Below are positions 55,629-64,000 of a stretch of 64,000 nt of DNA, in pieces. The first letter of the stretch is position 1; every line of letters begins with the position of its first letter. Made by a program: the position numbers and the translations under genes. The notes under the pieces are model-generated. The model saw nothing but the letters and a program-made list of their open reading frames with translations, ran no database searches and had not been told where the DNA came from. The stretch is taken from NCBI GenBank assembly GCA_965242525.1, contig OZ251459.1:1312001-1376000 (forward strand), written 5' to 3'. This DNA is from an uncultured Candidatus Binatia bacterium (GTDB lineage: Bacteria > Desulfobacterota > Binatia > UBA9968 > JAJDTQ01).

Positions 55629-56221
55629 ACCTTGAGCCTTTCCGCCGCGATGATGGCGGCGAGCCGCTCCACCGCGTCGTCCACGTGGTGGTTGACTATG
55701 GAATAATCATATCCCCGGATTTCCCCGATTTCACGCCGCGCGTTGCGCCAGCGCTGCTCGATGGTCTTGCGCGCGTCAGTGCCGCGGGCCGCCAGGCGGC
55801 GGCGCAGCTCGCCGAGGTTGGGCGGCAGCACGAATATGGCCACCGCGTTCGGGAAATGCTCCTTGATCTGGCGCGCCCCCTGCACGTCGATGTCCAGCAG
55901 CACGTCCCGGCGGCGGCGGACCTGCCCTTCCAGGAGCCGCCGCGGGGTGCCGTACAGGCTGCCGTGGACTTCCGCCCACTCGGCGAACTCTCCCGCATCG
56001 AGCATCCGGCGGAAGGCCTTCTCGGTGACGAAGCGGTAGTCCCTGCCGGGGACCTCTCCGTCCCGCGGCGGGCGCGTGGTGCAGGACACGGACAGGGTCA
56101 TTTCCGGGTAGATGCCCAGCACCTCGCGGGTCAACGTGGTCTTGCCCGCTCCGGACGGCGCCGAAACGATGAAGACGATGCCCTGGCGGGGTTTGGCGAA
56201 GCTGCGGATGGAGACCGTCAT
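55601..56221 (-). CDS. gmk: Guanylate kinase
   Basis: [22 protein letters not shown] and LDIDVQGA. Confidence 0.95.
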   Translation of the reverse strand: MTVSIRSFAKPRQGIVFIVSAPSGAGKTTLTREVLGIYPEMTLSVSCTTRPPRDGEVPGRDYRFVTEKAFRRMLDAGEFAEWAEVHGSLYGTPRRLLEGQVRRRRDVLLDIDVQGARQIKEHFPNAVAIFVLPPNLGELRRRLAARGTDARKTIEQRWRNARREIGEIRGYDYSIVNHHVDDAVERLAAIIAAERLKVCRFIPKPG

Positions 56222-57054
56222 TCGATGTTCTGCACCTGTTCCCGGACCTTCTCTACGCTTTCCTTGCCCCCGAGCACCAGCCGCACCACGTCCAACTGCG
56301 GCGCCTTGGCGCCGATGGTGGTGAGCTCCCGCTGGATCTCCTGCAGCAGGAAGTCGATCTTCTTGCCCACCGGTTGCCGCTCGCGCATCAGGCCCGAGAG
56401 CATCTCCACGTGGCTGCGCAACCGCACCGCCTCTTCGTTGATGCTGCCCTTGAAGGTCCCGCTGCCCGCCTCGCCCCCGGGATTGGCGGCAACTCCCTGC
56501 TCCTGCAGGCGCTTGTCGATGGCCGCGGCGCACCTCCCCAGGTCCCGGGCCGCGCGGCTCAACCGGCGCGCCTCGGCCGCCATGTCGCGCTTGAGGTTGC
56601 GCCCTTCCCGGTCCCGGGAGCGCGTCAGGCCCTTCAAGGCCGCGTCCAGGGCCCGCAGCACCAGCCGCTTCTCGCTGCCCTCCACGTGGTCCGGCTCCTT
56701 GAACTGGAACAGGTCGGGCAGGCGCGGCGCCAACTGGATGTCGATGTCTCCCTGGAGCCGGAACCGCTCCTTGATGCGCCGCAACTCCTTGCAGTATTGC
56801 TCCATGAGGGCGTCGTCCACCTCCAGCCGGTAGCCGCGCCCCTTCAACGGGGTCCGGTCGATATAGACGTCGGTGCGCCCCCGGTGGATCTGCGCCCGGG
56901 CCTGCTCGCGCAACTTGTCCTCAAGGCTCAGGTAGAGCTTCGGCACGCGCAGGTGGATGTCCGCGTGACGGTGGTTGACGCTGCGCACCTGCACGGAAAC
57001 CTTGACCTGCCTGTCCTGGAGGATCGCCTGGCCAAAGCCGGTCATGCTTCTCAT
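56218..57054 (-). CDS. yicC: YicC/YloC family endoribonuclease
   Basis: MRSMTGFG, RSVNHR, EEAVRLRSH and GKKIDFLLQEIQRE. Confidence 0.9.
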   Translation of the reverse strand: MRSMTGFGQAILQDRQVKVSVQVRSVNHRHADIHLRVPKLYLSLEDKLREQARAQIHRGRTDVYIDRTPLKGRGYRLEVDDALMEQYCKELRRIKERFRLQGDIDIQLAPRLPDLFQFKEPDHVEGSEKRLVLRALDAALKGLTRSRDREGRNLKRDMAAEARRLSRAARDLGRCAAAIDKRLQEQGVAANPGGEAGSGTFKGSINEEAVRLRSHVEMLSGLMRERQPVGKKIDFLLQEIQRELTTIGAKAPQLDVVRLVLGGKESVEKVREQVQNIE

Positions 57055-57092
57055 AAACCCATCGCTCCTTCCACCGGGCCCGACGTGCGTAC

Positions 57093-57162
57093 GGGAACCC
57101 CTGAACGATTGCCCCCGTTCGTCCTGAGTGTAGCGAAGCGCAGTCGAAGGACGCGCTTTCCC
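57093..57162 (+). repeat. Repeat family B copy
   Basis: CCCTGAACGAT...CCGTTCGTCCTGAGTGTAGCGAAGCGCAGTCGAAGGACGCGCTTTCCC, sharing flanks with the 49751 array. Confidence 0.85.
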
Positions 57163-57172
57163 GTCTCGGGCG

Positions 57173-59857
57173 CTACGGCGCCTGCATGGCCTGGAGCGAC
57201 TGCTCGAGCTGGCGGAGGGCTTCGCCGAAGCCGGCCCAGTCCCCTGCCCGCAGGCGCTCCATGGAGCGCCGGTACTGTTCCAGCGCCCGGGTCGCGGGAC
57301 CGTCGCCGTCCTCCTGCGCTGCGGCCACCCGGACGGCCGGAGGCGCGGCCGGCCCTTCCAGGCCCTCGCCGAACAGGTCACGCAGGGCGTCCTCCAGGTT
57401 CTCCTTCATGGCGATGCGGTTGCCGAACACCGCCACCACCCGCTTGAGCTCGGGAAGCGACCCCTGCTCCGCGGCCAGGTAGAGCGACTGGACGTAGAGG
57501 AGCGAGTCCTGGATGGGGATGGCGAGCAGGCTGCCGCGGATCACCTGCGAGCCGCGCTGCCCCCACAGGCTCAACTGCTGCGAGATGTAGGCGTCCTGGT
57601 CGATTCGGGCATCCACCTGCTTGGGGCCGTAGATGAGCTTGGCCTTGGGGAAGTTGAGGGCCAGCAGCTTGCCGTAATGGGCGCCGTCGCTTCGGGCGGC
57701 CAACCAGGCCCGCATGTTGTCGCGGTTGTTGGGGGTGAAGGGCAGCAGCAGCACGAACTCTTCCCGGTCCTCTCCCGGCAGGCGCATGATGGTGTAGTAG
57801 GGCTCCATCTCCCGCTCCTGCTCGTCCACCGTCCGGATGGGAATGCTCAGGAGGTCCTCCTTGTTGTAGAAGACCTGCGGGTCCTGCATGTGGTAGGTGG
57901 CGTACATCCGGGCCTGCACCTTGAACAGGTCCTGGGGGTAGCGAACGTGGGAGCGCAGGGCGTCGGGCATGGCCGTCAACGGCTGGAACAGCCCGGGAAA
58001 CCCCTTGGCGTAGGCGTTCACCACCGGGTCGTCCGCATCGCTGACGTAGAAATCGACGGTGCCGTTGTAGGCGTCCACCACGGTCTTCACCGAGTTGCGG
58101 ATGTAGTTGCCGACCCCGTCCGTGGGCTCCGAGTAGGGGTACCGTTCCGACTTGGTGTAGCCGTCGATGATCCAGAAGAGCCGGCCCTCCGGGGTGACCA
58201 CCAGGTACGGGTCCTCGTCGAAGACCAGGAACGGCGCCAGTTTCTGGACCCGGTCCTGTATCCTGCGGTAGTAGAGGATCCGGCTCTCCGGGGTGATGTC
58301 GTTGGAGAGGGAGATCCGCAGGGTGGCGAAGCGGGCGGAGTACAGCAGCTTGCGCCAGAACGACCGGAGCGGCACGCCCCCCTCGCCCTGGTAGGTGGTG
58401 TAGATGTTCCGGTCGCCGGCCGGGTAGTCGAGTTCCTGCGCGAGGGTCTTGACGAACACGTAGTCGTTGTCCACCTCGCCGAAGTAGATCTCCGGCCGGG
58501 TGACGTCGATGAAGCCGTCGGACACCGGCGGGATGTCCTTGACGAAGAACTCCGGCAGGCCCTCCTTGCTGATCTGGTTCACGGGACTGAACACCACGCC
58601 GTAGCCGTGGGTGTAAACCAGGTGCTCGTTGATCCAGATGCGGCTGGGAAGCTGCTCGTGGGACAGCTCCCGGGCCGACAGCATCACCTGGCGGTAGGTC
58701 CCGTCGATCTCGTAACGGTCGTTGTCCACGTCCACGAACTCGTAATAGGTTCGTATCTGCTGCAACTGGGCGTAGGTGGACAGCAGCGGTTGGTAGTTCC
58801 ACAGGCGGATGTTCTTGACCGTCGCGTCGTTCTCCTGGAGGTCATCGACGGTGAGCACCTCGTTCACCGGGAACTCCTGGGCGTCCACCCGGTCGAGGCC
58901 GTAGGCGTGCCGCGTGGAGCGGATGTTGCGCTGGATGTAGGGGGTCTCGGCCACGAGCTCGTTGGGGACCACGTGGAACTGCTGCAGGAACGACGGATAG
59001 GCGTACATCCCGATGCCGTGGGCCCCGGCCAGCACCCCGAGCCCGATGAACAGGGTCTTCAGGCTGGGCCGCCGCATCTGGACCAGGCAGAGGACCGCGG
59101 CCAGCACCGCCAGCACCGCCAGCACCCGGAGCGCCGGCAGTCTCGCGTGTATGTCCGTATAACCGGCGCCGAACACCACGCCGCTGTGGGAGTAGAGCAG
59201 CTTGTAGGCGTCCAGCAGGTAGCCGCCGCCCTGCACCGCCAGCAGCAGGGCGAGCAGGACCGACAGGTGGACCTTGGCCGCGCGTTCGACGGACAGCCCC
59301 TCCTCCGAGTACCGGACCCCGCCGTACAGGAGATAGACGAAGGCGGTGGCCGCCAGCACCAGCCCCAGGGCCACCAGGAACCAGCGGTAGAGGGCCTCCA
59401 GGGCCGGCAGGCGGAAGATGTAGAACCCGACGTCCTCTCCCATCAGCGGGTCCTGGATGCCGAAGGGTACCCCGTTGAAGAACAGCAGCACGGACTGCCA
59501 GTGCGAGGCCGCCTGGGGCGCGGCCAGGAACCCCAGGACCAGGGCCACCGGCAGCAACAACCGCCGGATCAACGGGTCCAGTTCCTCGGGACCCGGCACC
59601 TCCGGGTTCTGGCTCCGGAGCGGGACCACGCCGTCCCGCAGCCGGGCCGCGAGCTTGATGTTGACGTAGAAGAGCCCGAAGAACAGCAGCCCCGAGACCA
59701 ACCCCAGCAGCACCTTGATCCAGAGGGTCTTGGTGAAGACCCCGGAATAGCCGATCTCGCGGAACCAGAGGTAGTCGGTGTAGAGGTAGATGGCCTCGCC
59801 GAAGAGCGAGAACAGGAGAAACGCGCCGAGCGCGATCAGACCGATGGATTTTCGCAT
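57173..59857 (-). CDS. UPF0182 family membrane protein
   Basis: YTDYLWF, GAGYTD, HLVYTHGYG, NYIRNSVK and YPQDLF; several N-terminal transmembrane segments. Confidence 0.92.
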   Translation of the reverse strand: MRKSIGLIALGAFLLFSLFGEAIYLYTDYLWFREIGYSGVFTKTLWIKVLLGLVSGLLFFGLFYVNIKLAARLRDGVVPLRSQNPEVPGPEELDPLIRRLLLPVALVLGFLAAPQAASHWQSVLLFFNGVPFGIQDPLMGEDVGFYIFRLPALEALYRWFLVALGLVLAATAFVYLLYGGVRYSEEGLSVERAAKVHLSVLLALLLAVQGGGYLLDAYKLLYSHSGVVFGAGYTDIHARLPALRVLAVLAVLAAVLCLVQMRRPSLKTLFIGLGVLAGAHGIGMYAYPSFLQQFHVVPNELVAETPYIQRNIRSTRHAYGLDRVDAQEFPVNEVLTVDDLQENDATVKNIRLWNYQPLLSTYAQLQQIRTYYEFVDVDNDRYEIDGTYRQVMLSARELSHEQLPSRIWINEHLVYTHGYGVVFSPVNQISKEGLPEFFVKDIPPVSDGFIDVTRPEIYFGEVDNDYVFVKTLAQELDYPAGDRNIYTTYQGEGGVPLRSFWRKLLYSARFATLRISLSNDITPESRILYYRRIQDRVQKLAPFLVFDEDPYLVVTPEGRLFWIIDGYTKSERYPYSEPTDGVGNYIRNSVKTVVDAYNGTVDFYVSDADDPVVNAYAKGFPGLFQPLTAMPDALRSHVRYPQDLFKVQARMYATYHMQDPQVFYNKEDLLSIPIRTVDEQEREMEPYYTIMRLPGEDREEFVLLLPFTPNNRDNMRAWLAARSDGAHYGKLLALNFPKAKLIYGPKQVDARIDQDAYISQQLSLWGQRGSQVIRGSLLAIPIQDSLLYVQSLYLAAEQGSLPELKRVVAVFGNRIAMKENLEDALRDLFGEGLEGPAAPPAVRVAAAQEDGDGPATRALEQYRRSMERLRAGDWAGFGEALRQLEQSLQAMQAP

Positions 59858-59923
59858 TGGGTCCTCTTGTCTCCCGGAGAGCCGCGGTTTCACCCGCGGC
59901 CCGCCGGGTTTCGATGCAGGCCG

Positions 59924-61570
59924 TTAGAACGCGCCCTTGTGGGAGTATTCGATCTCCGCTCCGGTGATGAACTCCAGCAAGGCCGCCCTGCCCTCCTCGG
60001 TGGCCCGCCGGGCCCGGACGATGGCCGGGGCCACCGCGGCCGGCTCCTCCACCCGCTCCGCCCAACCGCCCATGGCCCTGGCCATGTCCGCGTAGTTGCC
60101 GCCCAGGTCCCGGGTCCCGTAACGTTCGTGGGACAGGGCCATGTGGCGCGTCTCCACCGCCATGGTGGAGTTGTTCAGCACGATGGTCAGTATGGGGATG
60201 TTCGACCGCACCGCGGTCTCGAAGTCCAGGCCGGTCATGCCGAAGGCGGCGTCTCCCATGAAGTTGACCACGAACTTTTCGGGCGCCGCGAGCTTGGCCC
60301 CCAGGTTCAGGCCCAACCCGGTGCCCAGGCCGTGGGACTTGCCCCACCCCAGGTAGGACCGCGGCCCCGCGGACCGATAGAACGGCATGAGCTGGTCCCG
60401 GGGGCTGCCGGAATCGTGGGTGACGATGGCCTCCGCGGGGTCCACCGCTTCCATGAACTCCCGGATGACCCGGTAGGGATTGATGGGCGCCTCGTCCGAC
60501 GTGAGCTTGGGCTTCCATTCCTCCAGCCACTGGGCCCGCAGCGCGGCGATCTCCGCCGCGGGCGAGCGCTCGGCCCTGGAGCCGCCGTTCAACAGATCCC
60601 CGACGGCCTCGACGAACTGCCGCAGCACCAGCTTGGCGTCGCCGATGACCGGGAAGTCCACGTGGTAGTTCTTGCCCATGTCGATGGGGTCGTCGATGGC
60701 CTGTATGAAGGTCTTGCCCCCGGGGACGGTGGTGGTCATGGGATGGCGGGTCAGGCTCGTGCCCACACCGAAGACCAGGTCCGCCTTCTCGAGGAAGCGG
60801 CGCACCGGCCGGTTCATCACCCCGGAAGCGCTTCCCAGCGACAGGGGATGGGTCTCGGGAAAGGCGCTCTTGCCCCCCATGGTGGTCATCACCGGGATGT
60901 TCGTGAGCTCGGCCAACTCCAGCAACTCGGGTCCCGCCTCGGCGTAGAGCGCCCCCTGGCCGGCATGGATGACGGGGTCCCGGGCCTCCAGCAGCGCTTT
61001 GGCCGCGGCCATGACGTCCCGCGGGTCGGCCTCCGAGCAAGCCCCCTTGACCGGCCGATACGATTCCAGGACGGCCGGGTCGAGCTGCTCCGCGGCCACG
61101 TCCGCGGGTATCTCCACCATGACCGGACCCGGGCGCCCCATCTTGAGCCTGGCGAAGGCTCGCCTCATGGTGTCGATGACCCGGTCCGCGGTGGTGACCT
61201 GCTCCACGAACTTGGTCACCGGAGCGTAGTTCCGCAACGAACTGAACTGGGGGAACACGCCGTCCCGTTCCCGGGTGTGGCCCAGGGGCAGCAACAGCAC
61301 GGGCACCGCGTCGGAGAACGCGGTGGCGACCCCGGCGTAGGCGTTCTCCGCCCCGGGACCGAACTGCATGGCGAACACGCCCGGTGGGCGGCCGTTGTTG
61401 ACCCTGCTGTAGCCGTCCGCGATGCCCACGCCCACCCGTTCCTGTCGGCAGATGACGGGGCGGATGCCGCGCTCCGCCGCGGCTTCGATCAGGGTCGAGG
61501 TCGGGAACGCGCTCAGGTAGCGAATGCCCTCCCGCTCCAGGATATGCGCGATGACGTCCACCGTTCTCAT
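59924..61570 (-). CDS. Thiamine diphosphate-dependent enzyme (acetolactate synthase-like, substrate unknown)
   Basis: RQER, GPGAEN, GRPGPVMVEIP and ThDP motif GDAAFGM...LNN. Confidence 0.9.
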   Translation of the reverse strand: MRTVDVIAHILEREGIRYLSAFPTSTLIEAAAERGIRPVICRQERVGVGIADGYSRVNNGRPPGVFAMQFGPGAENAYAGVATAFSDAVPVLLLPLGHTRERDGVFPQFSSLRNYAPVTKFVEQVTTADRVIDTMRRAFARLKMGRPGPVMVEIPADVAAEQLDPAVLESYRPVKGACSEADPRDVMAAAKALLEARDPVIHAGQGALYAEAGPELLELAELTNIPVMTTMGGKSAFPETHPLSLGSASGVMNRPVRRFLEKADLVFGVGTSLTRHPMTTTVPGGKTFIQAIDDPIDMGKNYHVDFPVIGDAKLVLRQFVEAVGDLLNGGSRAERSPAAEIAALRAQWLEEWKPKLTSDEAPINPYRVIREFMEAVDPAEAIVTHDSGSPRDQLMPFYRSAGPRSYLGWGKSHGLGTGLGLNLGAKLAAPEKFVVNFMGDAAFGMTGLDFETAVRSNIPILTIVLNNSTMAVETRHMALSHERYGTRDLGGNYADMARAMGGWAERVEEPAAVAPAIVRARRATEEGRAALLEFITGAEIEYSHKGAF

Positions 61571-61626
61571 GGGTTCGATCTTCCCCTATTGGCGCGCGAG
61601 CAAGGCCACGCCGGTCCACAAGGCGT

Positions 61627-62352
61627 CTAACGTCCGGGCCCGGGCAGGGCGAACGCGCTGCAAAGGGCTTCCCAGGTCCCGAGGTCGGCCAGCGTGCGCA
61701 AGGTGCTCAGCGTCGGCGGTATGACCGCCATGCGCCCGCGGTCCGCGCGTTCGAGTCCTTCCCCGGGGGTGATCCAGAGGCTTTCCGTCACCTCTTCCGA
61801 TACGCTGAGGGGCGTCTGGCCCTCGGGCAGGGGGGCCAGGAAGAAGCGCGTATCGAACCGCATGGCGTACCGTTCGGGCGTGGTCCGGTGGTAGAAATAG
61901 ACCGGGCTGCCGACGTCGCAACGAAGCCCTTCGGAGGCCAACAGGTCCGGGAAGCTGACGGACCCGCTCGACACGGACTCCCGCTTGGCCGCCACGCGTT
62001 CGCGCGTCTCCGCCCCCATGGCCGGGGCGCCGTCCGGTCCCACGCACAGGAGCACGCCCACTTCTTCGTACAGCTCCCGGACGGCGGCGACCCAATGGCC
62101 CATGGCGTCTTCGGCGCTGAGCTCGCCGCCCAGCCGGGCGCGGGCCTCCCCGGGCGAAAGGCCCCGGCACAACTCCAGCATGGCCGGAGAGCCGTCGGAA
62201 CCCTTGACGCTGCCTCCGGGAAAGACGAAGAAACCTCCCAGGAAGCGCATTTCCAGAGGGCGGCGCGTCATGAAGACTTCGAATATCCCGTCCTTCGCCG
62301 GGCGCACCAGGACGATGGTGGAGGCTCTCTTTGGAGGTCGGTTTTCCGGCAT
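61627..62352 (-). CDS. NUDIX hydrolase (Nudt19-like)
   Basis: VFPGG...AAVRELYEEVG with a long insert, and RFDTRFF. Confidence 0.85.
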   Translation of the reverse strand: MPENRPPKRASTIVLVRPAKDGIFEVFMTRRPLEMRFLGGFFVFPGGSVKGSDGSPAMLELCRGLSPGEARARLGGELSAEDAMGHWVAAVRELYEEVGVLLCVGPDGAPAMGAETRERVAAKRESVSSGSVSFPDLLASEGLRCDVGSPVYFYHRTTPERYAMRFDTRFFLAPLPEGQTPLSVSEEVTESLWITPGEGLERADRGRMAVIPPTLSTLRTLADLGTWEALCSAFALPGPGR

Positions 62353-62403
62353 GGACCCTCAGCACGCTCGTATCGAGGTTGGGGCGAGCGCCGGTGGCCT
62401 GCT

Positions 62404-63021
62404 TCAGCCTGCCTGGCTCCGCAGCTTTTCCACCAGACCCTCGTAGGATTCCCGGTCGATCACGCGGTTGAACTGTGCGCGGTAGTTGTTGACCAGGCTG
62501 ATGTCCTCGACCACCACGTCGTAGATGCGCCATTCACCCGGACTTCCCGATCGGTGCAGGCGGTAGTCCACGTCGAACTTGCGTCCCTCCCGGTCCACGA
62601 TCAGGGTGTCCACATGGGCGAAACGGCCGTCGAGCCTTTCCCCGACCACCTGCGCTCGATGGGCATCGTAGGAAGTGATCCGGCCTGCATAGGTCCGTTC
62701 CAGCAAGCGGGAAAAGAGCCTGGTGAACTCCGCGCGCTGCTCGGGGGTCCGGCGGCGCCAGTGGCGGCCCAGCGACCGCCGGGCCATCTCGGAGAAGTCG
62801 AAGAGCGGCGCCACCACCGCCCGCAGGCGCTCGACCTTCTCGTCCTGCTCCAGGTCCGAATCGAGGACCGCAGTGGCCTTTTGCAGCACCCGTTCGACCT
62901 CCTGCCGGGGACCTGCCCCCTGCGCCCAGGACATGGACGCGAGCCCGCACAGGAGCAGCACGACCGCGCACGAGCCTCCGGGACCCACGAGACGCCTTCC
63001 TTCCCACCATGTCCGCTTCAT
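62404..63021 (-). CDS. mlaC: MlaC/Ttg2D phospholipid-binding protein
   Basis: FDFSEMARRSLG and WRIYDVVVEDISLVNNYRAQF; signal peptide; likely ATG start at 63021. Confidence 0.88.
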   Translation of the reverse strand: MKRTWWEGRRLVGPGGSCAVVLLLCGLASMSWAQGAGPRQEVERVLQKATAVLDSDLEQDEKVERLRAVVAPLFDFSEMARRSLGRHWRRRTPEQRAEFTRLFSRLLERTYAGRITSYDAHRAQVVGERLDGRFAHVDTLIVDREGRKFDVDYRLHRSGSPGEWRIYDVVVEDISLVNNYRAQFNRVIDRESYEGLVEKLRSQAG

Positions 63022-63087
63022 GACACCCCGCCCACAATCTACGCAATAATCCCCCGGAAGCCAAACAGGACGCCGCTTCACGTGACG

Positions 63088-63885
63088 TCAGGCGAGCCGC
63101 ACGGTCCTGGAGAAGTCGTAGCCCACCGGCACGTCGCTCTCGAACCTCCAGTCCACCCGGTCGCCGCTCCGCTCCGGCCCCATGTGCCGTTCGAGGAACC
63201 GGAACAACAGCGCCCATGCCTGCTCGGCCGCTTCGGGCCGGTAGCGACCGGGCATGGTGTCGTTGAGCCAACCGTGGGGCGCGTCCCGGAATATGCGGAT
63301 GGAGTAACTCTTCCACGCCTCTTCCAGCGCGCGCCGGAAGCGCAGCACGTCGTCCACCGAGATGATATGGTCGCTGTCCCCGAACACCCCCAGCACCGGG
63401 CAGGACAACTGCCGGATGAACTCCCCCACGGAGGCGGGGCGTTCGTCGTGGGGCTGCCAGTCGCGTTGGTAGATCCCGCCGTAGAACACCAGCGCGCACC
63501 GGAGGTCGTCCCGGTGGGCCGCGGCGAGCAGCGGCTGCCGTCCGGTCTGGCATACCCCCATCACCGCGATTCGCCGGCCGTCCACGTAGTCCAGCGCCCG
63601 CAGGTAACCCAGGCACTGGTCCAGGTCCACCAGCGCCTCCTCGTCCCGGATGCCGACGCCCACCTCCCCCCTGGCCAGCGCCTCCCGGTCTCCGTCGAAC
63701 CGGGAAAAGAGGTCCGGCGCCAACGTCACGTAGCCGCTGCGCGCCAGCCGCTCGGCGATGTCCGTCGTGTGCTCCACGATCCCGTAGCGCTCGTGGAGCT
63801 GGACCACCGCGGGGGCGCGGCCGCTTTCCGAGGCCCTCGCCAGATAGCCCTTCTTGCCCGGAGCGAACTCGACTTCGGAAATCAT
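63088..63885 (-). CDS. Dienelactone hydrolase family protein
   Basis: HERYG, APDLF, nucleophile elbow GVCQTG and APHGW. Confidence 0.88.
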   Translation of the reverse strand: MISEVEFAPGKKGYLARASESGRAPAVVQLHERYGIVEHTTDIAERLARSGYVTLAPDLFSRFDGDREALARGEVGVGIRDEEALVDLDQCLGYLRALDYVDGRRIAVMGVCQTGRQPLLAAAHRDDLRCALVFYGGIYQRDWQPHDERPASVGEFIRQLSCPVLGVFGDSDHIISVDDVLRFRRALEEAWKSYSIRIFRDAPHGWLNDTMPGRYRPEAAEQAWALLFRFLERHMGPERSGDRVDWRFESDVPVGYDFSRTVRLA

Positions 63886-63922
63886 GTGGGGCGCCTCCTT
63901 TCAGACCTTCACGCCGCACAGC

Positions 63923-64000
63923 CTACCGGACCGCGCCGGACCGAGCTCCGTCTTCCACCAGTTCCACCTTCAGGCGTTTGCCGAGCACCGAGGCTGCCTT
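63923..64000 (-). CDS. 3' end of a gene entering from the right edge; resembles an XRE/HicB-type HTH C-terminus
   Basis: KAASVLGKRLKVELVEDGARSGAVR*. Only 25 residues are visible. Confidence 0.4.
   Translation of the reverse strand, partial: KAASVLGKRLKVELVEDGARSGAVR

Noticed and set aside
8484-61630. Many very long antisense or alternate-frame ORFs (e.g. 8484-11492, 11640-15116, 20374-23370, 57677-61630)
   Set aside because: Shadow ORFs expected at this GC content. They mirror well-supported genes and carry no recognisable motifs.
1-64000. tRNA, rRNA, cas or transposase genes
   Set aside because: None recognised by eye in intergenic regions or ORFs. A covariance-model scan could still find small RNAs.

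Overview
High-GC bacterial chromosome segment; gene order is deltaproteobacterial-like (inference) and almost all genes are on the minus strand. It is mostly housekeeping: phosphonate/selenate-type ABC transporter, ygfZ, rluB-scpBA-trpS-xerD-glnD-amidase-mutS, ihfB-rpsA-cmk-aroA-tyrA-hisC-pheA, miaA-mutL, rpmB, rel-gmk-yicC and UPF0182. An accessory block at about 25.5-46.8 kb holds a helicase-less type ISP-like restriction-modification gene, two uncharacterised metabolic operons (DUF6282/CysK-like/ThrC-like/UbiD/OCD, and CoA-transferase/LLM/four-subunit Mo-hydroxylase/maleate isomerase-like) and a 3.3 kb islet between them. Highlights the ORF track does not show: (1) a selenocysteine peroxiredoxin (in-frame TGA at the peroxidatic Cys position plus a SECIS-like hairpin); (2) a cas-less type I-E-like mini CRISPR array (three 29-bp repeats, two 32-bp spacers) that starts in the stop codon of an AAA/DUF4143 ATPase; (3) a second, inverted copy of repeat+flank+REP+repeat module, so that a lone PD-(D/E)XK nuclease gene is bracketed by long composite inverted repeats; (4) three 32-bp-phased palindromes over a leaderless sigma70 promoter for the ATPase; (5) at least three interspersed repeat/MITE families. 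Coordinates were counted by hand and family calls come from motif recognition, not database searches.
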